Source: Calditrichaceae bacterium
Lineage (GTDB): Bacteria > Calditrichota > Calditrichia > Calditrichales > JBFXGD01
Length of the DNA: 14,305 nt
Assembly (NCBI GenBank): GCA_050178385.1
Contig: JBFXGD010000085.1
Span: forward strand, 1-14,305
Direction of reading: 5' to 3'
In this document: positions 8,427 to 14,305 of the stretch, one piece after another
Numbering within the stretch: the first letter of the stretch is position 1
Layout of the letters: every line of letters starts with the position of its first letter
Notes under the pieces: generated by a model
Told to the model about the DNA's origin: nothing
Databases searched by the model: none
The model's input: only the letters and a program-made list of their open reading frames with translations
Translations under genes and position numbers: made by a program

Positions 8427-8478
8427 ACCGCAAAGCGCCAGGAAATCGATGATTTGCCGGCTTTGCGGTTTTTTATTT
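8427..8478 (+). terminator. Rho-independent terminator of the fad-etf operon
   Basis: ACCGCAAAGC (8427-8436) pairs perfectly with GCTTTGCGGT (8460-8469). The 23-nt interior can form a further AAATC/GATTT stem. It is followed by TTTTTATTT and starts 45 nt after the etfA stop. Confidence 0.72.
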
Positions 8479-8486
8479 AAAAACAT

Positions 8487-9068
8487 TTAATCAAGGGCAA
8501 GACGGACATCACTGCAGATGATGGATTCCGAAACATCGCTTCTTTTTACGGAAATAAACAAATCAATAACACCTTCAAAGTCACCCATTAAAGTGCCTTT
8601 CGCCCGGGCAGTATAGTCATGCAGCGGCGCGTATGCCTCAACACCACCGGATTCGTTTTCTTTCAATTCAACGGGATAATAATCCAGCAGATTTACGCCT
8701 TCCGGCGGCTTCTCAAGCAGTAATTTTGCGCTTTTTGCTAAATCTTCATTATAAAATTCATAGGCAAATGAAAAGCTGGCGCTGTTGATTGGTTTTATGG
8801 AGTGAACTTTCATATCCGTGATCTGAGTATAGAGCTGTGTCGCGTCAATAAACGGCTGTATCAGGTCTGTTTCGAGGCACAAGTGAACATAATTATCGAG
8901 CTCAAACAGCTCTTTCAAATAATCTTTGAATGTTTCCCTTCTGATACCCGCCTTGCGATGGAAAAAGTACTTTCCGTCCGGCTTATGCACGGACAAAAAG
9001 CCGAGAAGGAAACCTTTTAGAAGTATGAAAGGTCCCTCAATCACTATTTCAGAATATGAACGGCTCAT
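8487..9068 (-). CDS. Hypothetical protein (193 aa), no family recognised
   Basis: Long ORF filling the gap, with a clear GGAGG RBS ahead of the ATG and 18 nt from the terB-like stop. Protein-like composition with no signal peptide or TM segment. Confidence 0.8.
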   Translation of the reverse strand: MSRSYSEIVIEGPFILLKGFLLGFLSVHKPDGKYFFHRKAGIRRETFKDYLKELFELDNYVHLCLETDLIQPFIDATQLYTQITDMKVHSIKPINSASFSFAYEFYNEDLAKSAKLLLEKPPEGVNLLDYYPVELKENESGGVEAYAPLHDYTARAKGTLMGDFEGVIDLFISVKRSDVSESIICSDVRLALD

Positions 9069-9086
9069 ATTTACGCCTCCGAAAAT

Positions 9087-9548
9087 TTATGCTGATTTAT
9101 TTTTTACCGCCAGTTTTGCCTGTATCATATCACCATGCTCAAGCCCGAGCAATGTGGTGATTTTTCGGATCAGCGTTTCCTCGTATTTGTCCACCTTCCC
9201 ATCCGCAAAGATCAGCTGCCATAATTTTTCAATGATCCATAATTTTTGCTGACGGGTAAATTCACTTTTGATCGTATTTGTAAACAACCAGATATCATTT
9301 CGGTTGCTGCGTTTTTCTTTGGCCAATTCGATAAGTTCTGAAACTTCCCCCTGATCTAAATTAAAAAACTTCATGAGAGTATTCTCAATTTGCTCTTCCT
9401 CTTTGGGGATGATTTTAAAATCGGCAAAAGCCATTTCAAGAAAAAGAACGGCCGTGGCAACCATCTGTTTTTTCTCTAATGAAGCGGATGTGGCATTTTT
9501 GTCTGTAAGAAGGTTGTCGCGTATGAATGATTCAAATTTAGAAAGCAT
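9087..9548 (-). CDS. TerB-family (tellurite-resistance-like) protein (153 aa)
   Basis: Duplicated TerB half-motifs ATAVLFLEMAFADFKI..KEE and LWQLIFADGKVDKYEE.LIRKI..LLG, joined by FFNL...E..ELI and DIWLFT..IK. This is the pattern of stand-alone TerB-like proteins. Confidence 0.85.
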   Translation of the reverse strand: MLSKFESFIRDNLLTDKNATSASLEKKQMVATAVLFLEMAFADFKIIPKEEEQIENTLMKFFNLDQGEVSELIELAKEKRSNRNDIWLFTNTIKSEFTRQQKLWIIEKLWQLIFADGKVDKYEETLIRKITTLLGLEHGDMIQAKLAVKNKSA

Positions 9549-9629
9549 GTTATTATTCCATAAAATTAATAACTTGTTTTACAATACAAGTTTGATACTT
9601 TCGAGCTGAAGATTTGGTTTCGTTTCAAT

Positions 9630-10142
9630 TCATTTTGTATGTAATAAATCGGCATACGCCTTGGGAATTAAATCATCTTTTTGAATGTTGAAATGGCTCA
9701 ACAGATCCTGAATTTTCTGATGGTTTTTATCAATTTCAGAGTCGTCTTCAACAACGGCTTCAAATTCAATAAATGTTCCCAGAAATTTTACATGATCAAG
9801 ATGGATCCGTACATTCTCAAAAAGAAAAATTTCGCGTTCTTTTTCGACAACGACGCGAATCCCGAGGATATGAGTTAAAAGATCTTTTGTTTTTTGCGAA
9901 TCATCTATTTTTATAAGTGTGTAATCTGATTTTTTAGGTCCTGCCTGATCATTTCGTATATAGGGGATAAGAATGTTTCCGTAGAGGGATGATTCCCGCA
10001 GTTTGAGACGGCCTTTTGGAACATGAAAAAATGTATCTGTCTGATGATCCCGGCCGGCATACGTTGTCTGTAATTCGGCGATTTTAGTTTTAAATAATTC
10101 TGGATCGTTAAACCGGGCTTTGATCTCGATATTTAAGCTCAT
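9630..10142 (-). CDS. CYTH-domain protein, class IV adenylate cyclase (CyaB)-like / triphosphate tunnel metalloenzyme (170 aa)
   Basis: NIEIKAR (ExExK variant), QTDTFF, RLKLRE, V.K.REIF, RIHLD.V..LGTFIEFE and C-terminal AYADLL. Confidence 0.88.
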   Translation of the reverse strand: MSLNIEIKARFNDPELFKTKIAELQTTYAGRDHQTDTFFHVPKGRLKLRESSLYGNILIPYIRNDQAGPKKSDYTLIKIDDSQKTKDLLTHILGIRVVVEKEREIFLFENVRIHLDHVKFLGTFIEFEAVVEDDSEIDKNHQKIQDLLSHFNIQKDDLIPKAYADLLHTK

Positions 10143-10308
10143 AATAAATTTATTCTAAGAAATAAGAAATTGATGACCCTTGATGAATAATAAGGATATT
10201 AAAAATATGTATCAAACAGTTTCTTAAAAAATCTTGATTTTATTTTAAAACAGGAAATATGAATTATACCGTCTCATTCGTAATTTACGGTAAAAAGGAG
10301 TTAGAGAA

Positions 10309-11529
10309 TTGAAAAACAATAAACATCAATTGCTAATAATATTTCTGACAATTTTCATAGATTTACTGGGATTTGGACTGATAATTCCAATTGTTCCCTT
10401 CTATCTGGAAGATTTTGTGTCAAATCCCTTGATGATCGGTAAGGCTATCGCCACGATGATCACTGTTTACTCATTGATGCAGTTTATTTTCGCGCCGATT
10501 TGGGGGCGGCTTTCCGACAGGATAGGCAGACGGCCTGTTCTTCTCCTCAGTCTTGCGGGCACAGGAATAACACATATCATTTTCGCAACCGCAAATTCTT
10601 TATGGCTGTTGTTCGCGGCCAGGATACTTACCGGTATTTTCGCGGCTACGGTACCGACGGCTATGGCATATATATCTGACATCACTTCGACCGAAAACCG
10701 GGCAAAAGGTATGGGACTGGTGGGCGCCGCTTTTGGTCTCGGATTCATCATCGGTCCGGCGATGGGTGGGCTGCTGAGTCAGTTTGGAGGGTACCAGGTT
10801 CCGCTTTTTGCCGCGGGCGCCTTATCTTTCTTTGCCCTGATCTTCGCTTATTTTAAACTTCCTGAAACAGTTGATAAGCAAAAACCGATCGAAGGAGACT
10901 ATCGCAGATTTAACCTGGTTAATTTGGTCAAGGCGGTAAAGCATCCCAATATAGGCCTGCTCTTTATAATCTTTTTCACAGTGACCATGTCCTTTGCCAA
11001 TCTTGAAACAATTTTCGCGCTTTACACGGAGCGTTTGTTCCAATATGATGCCGTTGAGAATGGATATATATTCGCGTTTATCGGCGTCATCAGCGCGATG
11101 GTGCAAGGAATATTTATTGGACCGCTGGCAAAGAGATTTGGTGAAAAAAAACTGATAACCGCCGCCACGCTGATTCTCGGAACCGCATTTATTCTGTTAC
11201 CTATTCCTGCTCAGCTTCCAGGATTTCTCCTGGTTGTTGGAATGATCGCGCTTGGTATCGGTCTTCATAATCCTTCGGTAATCGCTTTGATATCCAAAAA
11301 CGCGGATCAAAATGAGCAGGGAGGCATATTGGGATTAAATCAATCCTTTTCATCATTGGGACGCGTGCTCGGTCCACTTTGGGCGGGATTTTTCTTTGAC
11401 GCTTACGGCCCGGCCTTTCCCTTTATCACATCCGGAATTTTAATATTGATGGCCGCTGTATTAAGCCTGGGTCTTTATAGAAGAGATTTAGTGCAATCAA
11501 AAGATGTAGCCGCGAAGGTGTCAAAATAA
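10309..11529 (+). CDS. MFS transporter, TetA/DHA1 drug:H+ antiporter-like (406 aa, about 12 TM)
   Basis: TM1 IFIDLLGFGLIIP, motif A WGRLSDRIGRRPVL, motif B ARILTG, AYISDIT...RAKGMG and antiporter motif C GAAFGLGFIIGPAMGG. TTG start 8 nt after AAGGAG (10295-10300). Substrate not determinable. Confidence 0.92.
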   Translation: MKNNKHQLLIIFLTIFIDLLGFGLIIPIVPFYLEDFVSNPLMIGKAIATMITVYSLMQFIFAPIWGRLSDRIGRRPVLLLSLAGTGITHIIFATANSLWLLFAARILTGIFAATVPTAMAYISDITSTENRAKGMGLVGAAFGLGFIIGPAMGGLLSQFGGYQVPLFAAGALSFFALIFAYFKLPETVDKQKPIEGDYRRFNLVNLVKAVKHPNIGLLFIIFFTVTMSFANLETIFALYTERLFQYDAVENGYIFAFIGVISAMVQGIFIGPLAKRFGEKKLITAATLILGTAFILLPIPAQLPGFLLVVGMIALGIGLHNPSVIALISKNADQNEQGGILGLNQSFSSLGRVLGPLWAGFFFDAYGPAFPFITSGILILMAAVLSLGLYRRDLVQSKDVAAKVSK

Positions 11530-11541
11530 ATATCCTGGTAA

Positions 11542-12297
11542 TTACTGTACTATCCAGGCATCCGGATAACCGTTTTTGCGAATTTTGGCAAGAATGGTTT
11601 CGGCATCGGCGCGGGTTGAAAATCCGCCGACGAAAACTTTGAACAGAGTCCCTGCTTTTTCGTAAAACGATTCATTGTTGAATTTTATGGAAAGATCAGA
11701 TGATATTGTTCGGGCTTTAAATTCATCTGATGTGGCTAATACCTGAATTTTGAACTTCCGGTTTAACACGTTTGCAGGCTTATTTGGTTTTTCCGGTGCT
11801 ACCGCCTGGCTGTCAGGCGTGGCGGGGATATTTATTAATGTCTGAGTAATCCACGCGCTTCCGAATCCGTTTTTTCTAAGCAGCTGATTGAGTTTATCGG
11901 CCTCCGGATAATAGAGAAAATCACCGGCCTGGACTTTAAATAATCCCACATCCTGTATTAAATAGACAGAATCCGGGCATAACGCGCTGACGGTAAATTT
12001 TATTGAGGAGGCGCTGAGTGAATCTGACCCGGCAAAGACCTGCACCCGATAACCATCAATTTGTTTAAATTTTGGAATTTCGGGCGGGGGGGGAACAAGA
12101 CGTTTTGTGAGAATAACTTCGTTGTCATTTATTTGGTTTAATGAAAGTAAAAACGGATCGGAGACAGGTGTCTGTTCATAGTAAAGCACACTATCCGCGC
12201 CGGCAGCCGGACGATCTTTTCTTACAAGACCATTTGGCTGACAGGAAAAAATTAATATCATGAATGTAAATACAAAAAGAAAAATTCTCAGATTCAT
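11542..12297 (-). CDS. Lipoprotein with two SPOR (denuded peptidoglycan-binding) domains (251 aa)
   Basis: Signal peptide with lipobox-like IFSC (Cys19). SPOR 1: GYRVQVFA...LFKVQAGDF....EA..L...LRKNGF.SAWI. Pro/Ala-rich linker. SPOR 2: FKIQVLA...LFKVFVGGFSTRADAE.....IRKNGYPDAWIV. Start overlaps the upstream stop (TAATG). Confidence 0.85.
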   Translation of the reverse strand: MNLRIFLFVFTFMILIFSCQPNGLVRKDRPAAGADSVLYYEQTPVSDPFLLSLNQINDNEVILTKRLVPPPPEIPKFKQIDGYRVQVFAGSDSLSASSIKFTVSALCPDSVYLIQDVGLFKVQAGDFLYYPEADKLNQLLRKNGFGSAWITQTLINIPATPDSQAVAPEKPNKPANVLNRKFKIQVLATSDEFKARTISSDLSIKFNNESFYEKAGTLFKVFVGGFSTRADAETILAKIRKNGYPDAWIVQ

Positions 12298-13523
12298 TAA
12301 TAAACCTTTTTAAGTATGGTCCCGGGAAAATATTTACTCAAAATTTGATAATATTTGAACCCATTTTCTGACATGTTCATGGCTCCCCATTGACACATGC
12401 CGACACCGTGTCCGCTGCCTCCGCCTTCAAGCAAAAGTGTAGAATCGTTCGCCGCGGCCAGCCGGAATAAATTACTTTGCAGATATCCTCCCGGAGGCCA
12501 GGCAAAGAATCGTCTTATTTCATATCCTTTAAGCGTAAAAGTTGTATCGCCGTAACTGATTTGCATTTCTGACGCTCTGGAGCCGGGAGTTCGTTTGGAA
12601 ACAACCGCCTTAAAGGAGATATCAGTGGTATCACTGACAACCGGATTGAGAAGCGGTTTGTTATAATAACGGGCAAAAAGCGTATCAATCTGATCAAGTG
12701 TTCTAGTTTCTGTCCACCTAAATAATGGCGAAGTTTCACATGCAAAATGATCCCCGAGAGCATCCTGCCTGTTGGCCAGATAATCTTTATTCACGCCCGG
12801 CCAAACCTCACCCGCGGATTCCGTCAATCCCCCGCATGTGGAGTGGTAGTAAACAGTGGCCAGGTTCTCTCCGGACATTAAAACGACACCCTTTGTTTGA
12901 TTTATCCCCCGGTTGGATAATTCGGATTGTTTGCCGAGTCCACCATAAACCTGGTCGCGTGTGTCGGCATAAACATCAAATTGGATGTCCTTGCGTTCAT
13001 TCATTTTTGTGATGGCATATGTTCTGGCACAAATAGACTGGGCTTTGACCGCATCGAGCAACGCATCCTTGTGGGTGGCGATTTCAAAAGGAACGACTCC
13101 CGTGAGATACGTTTCAAGATCGACGCGATTAATGATCATTATCTTCTTCTCCGGGGTGAGGACCATGATCAAATTTCCGGAATAGGATCGGTCTCCCAAC
13201 TTAAAAGTCGCGTCAGCGCCTTCTGATACAAATGAAACAAGATCCTTTTCCCTGAACAGAAAAACCCTGTTTTCATTAAATATTTTGAATCCGTCATCAA
13301 GCGGTTTTAAATATACGCGGTTATTTTTTGAACCGAATTCATAACTGGCTTCTTCGGAATTGAGATAATATGATCCATTAAAAACAACAGAATCCAAACC
13401 GGAAACTTCCTTCAGCAAAGCCCTTATTCTTGGCACTTCAGGCTCAGCCTCATGTCTCGGAGCATGCATACAGCCAATGACGGGCAGAAGCAGCAGTAGA
13501 ATGAATCGTCTTAAATTAAGCAA
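12297..13523 (-). CDS. SpoIID/LytB-domain lipoprotein, putative lytic transglycosylase (408 aa)
   Basis: Lipobox-like VIGC (Cys18); YSG.L, IN.VDLETYL.GVVPFE (catalytic Glu position), A.KAQ...ARTYA, FDV..DT.DQVYGG, T.G.VL, YHSTCGG.TE and GGG.GHGVGMCQWGA..M...G..Y.QIL..YFPGT. TTG start with GAGG RBS. Confidence 0.9.
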   Translation of the reverse strand: MLNLRRFILLLLLPVIGCMHAPRHEAEPEVPRIRALLKEVSGLDSVVFNGSYYLNSEEASYEFGSKNNRVYLKPLDDGFKIFNENRVFLFREKDLVSFVSEGADATFKLGDRSYSGNLIMVLTPEKKIMIINRVDLETYLTGVVPFEIATHKDALLDAVKAQSICARTYAITKMNERKDIQFDVYADTRDQVYGGLGKQSELSNRGINQTKGVVLMSGENLATVYYHSTCGGLTESAGEVWPGVNKDYLANRQDALGDHFACETSPLFRWTETRTLDQIDTLFARYYNKPLLNPVVSDTTDISFKAVVSKRTPGSRASEMQISYGDTTFTLKGYEIRRFFAWPPGGYLQSNLFRLAAANDSTLLLEGGGSGHGVGMCQWGAMNMSENGFKYYQILSKYFPGTILKKVY

Positions 13524-13569
13524 AACAAATTCCTCTTGTTAAAATGATTCCGTTTGAATCATTTGTTCA

Positions 13570-13605
13570 TAAAAAATAACCGCGATAAAATGATTTCTGT
13601 TATCG
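13570..13605 (-). terminator. Possible weak intrinsic terminator after the beta-barrel gene
   Basis: On the minus strand directly after the stop: CGATAA-cagaaatcatt-TTATCG followed by CGGTTATTTTTT. The stem is short and AT-rich. Confidence 0.35.
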
Positions 13606-14241
13606 TTAAAAACCGAGTCCATACAACCGGATGCCAATTCGCGCTCCGAAACCGCTCATATCAATTTCAGATCTTACAGGGAGTCCATCGGCTGTTTCAC
13701 CGGCATCCCTGGAAGGGCTTCCGCCTGTGTAGGTCACTTCTCCGTACAGATCAGATGCACGGCTGAGAGGATAACTGACGCCCGCGTCCAGATGCCATCC
13801 CCAACCGCCATAAAATTCTGTGTCATCTTCCTTGGTTTCATAGTTAGTGACTCCGTTCCATAAAAGCTCATAACCAAAGCCGCCGGTTACACGGAGATTA
13901 AAAACGGGTGACAGGTTGCCTGTATAATGAAATTGCAAAAAGATCGGGATCATGGTGATACTTTGATCGATTGATTTAGCGATGTCCTGTCTTACGCCTT
14001 CGCCAACTTCGACATTTTTGATCACAGTTTCTTCTGTATAACTGCGCCGGTAAACATCGAGTCCCAGACTCACACCGACATTTTCATCCACGGCCCGGCC
14101 AAAATTGACGCCGCCGTAAAAACCGGTGCTGGCTCCGGATGGGTCGAGAAAACCTACTTTAAACTCAGTAAACGGGTGTTGCGCGTATGAAGTGGATATC
14201 ATCATAAACAACAAAAAGGTGAACGTAATTATCTTCTTCAT
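13606..14241 (-). CDS. Outer-membrane beta-barrel protein (small, probably 8-stranded; 211 aa)
   Basis: Sec signal peptide MKKIITFTFLLFMMISTSYA|Q, alternating Gly/aromatic amphipathic strands (GFYGGVNFG, GVSLGLDVY, IPIFLQFHY, RVTGGFGY, GWHLDAGVSY, LYGEVTY, GFGARIGIRL) and a C-terminal Phe. GGAGG at 14252-14248 favours ATG 14241 over TTG 14244. Confidence 0.82.
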   Translation of the reverse strand: MKKIITFTFLLFMMISTSYAQHPFTEFKVGFLDPSGASTGFYGGVNFGRAVDENVGVSLGLDVYRRSYTEETVIKNVEVGEGVRQDIAKSIDQSITMIPIFLQFHYTGNLSPVFNLRVTGGFGYELLWNGVTNYETKEDDTEFYGGWGWHLDAGVSYPLSRASDLYGEVTYTGGSPSRDAGETADGLPVRSEIDMSGFGARIGIRLYGLGF

Positions 14242-14305
14242 CAAAAACCTCCGTATTGATTTTGAAAAATGTCTGTAAAAATATCATTTTGCCGGTAATC
14301 GGAAT

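Noticed and set aside
9524..9534. TGAATGATTCA as a second FadR box
   Set aside because: Only one half-site with wrong spacing, and it lies inside the terB-like coding sequence.
9087..9548. Tellurite-resistance (ter) operon
   Set aside because: Only one stand-alone TerB-like gene is present, with no terA/C/D/E/Z, so resistance cannot be inferred.
10309..11529. Acquired tetracycline-resistance gene (tetA)
   Set aside because: Family-level motifs only. There is no adjacent tetR, tet operator or mobile-element context, and composition resembles the flanking genes.
12297..13523. Evidence of sporulation from the SpoIID and SPOR names
   Set aside because: Both domains are widespread in non-sporulating bacteria. 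The neighbouring OM beta-barrel indicates a diderm envelope and no sporulation genes are present.
12515..13766. Short overlapping ORFs (12515-12763, 12725-13012, 12927-13226, 12985-13185, 13554-13766)
   Set aside because: They overlap the spoIID or barrel genes, lack recognisable motifs, and are best explained as shadow ORFs.
1..14305. CRISPR array, tRNA/rRNA, IS or prophage, or anti-phage system
   Set aside because: By eye I found no regularly spaced direct repeats, RNA gene signatures, transposase, integrase or nuclease motifs. All intergenic gaps are under about 170 nt.

Overview
Ordinary chromosomal window from a moderately AT-rich diderm bacterium. It has an outer-membrane beta-barrel, lipoproteins and strong AGGAG/GGAGG Shine-Dalgarno sites; a Calditrichota-like or similar lineage is a guess only. 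From left to right: (1) the 3' part of dapD; (2) a six-gene fatty-acid beta-oxidation operon on + (Bacillus-type TetR repressor fadR, FadI-like thiolase, FadJ-like hydratase/dehydrogenase, VLCAD/ACAD9-like acyl-CoA dehydrogenase, etfB, etfA), with a perfect TGAATGAA-CA-TTCATTCA operator over its promoter and a hairpin/T-tract terminator at its end; (3) a minus-strand trio of CYTH (class IV adenylate cyclase-like), TerB-like and an unknown 193-aa protein; (4) a divergent TetA-like MFS transporter; (5) a minus-strand envelope cluster of an OM beta-barrel, a SpoIID/LytB lipoprotein and a translationally coupled double-SPOR lipoprotein. I see no RNA genes, CRISPR arrays, mobile elements or clear defence system. 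The best leads are the mosaic, mitochondria-like beta-oxidation operon under a Firmicute-type FadR/FadR box, the SpoIID + SPOR pair as a possible split RlpA-like module, and the CYTH-TerB-unknown trio. All family calls come from remembered motifs, not database searches.
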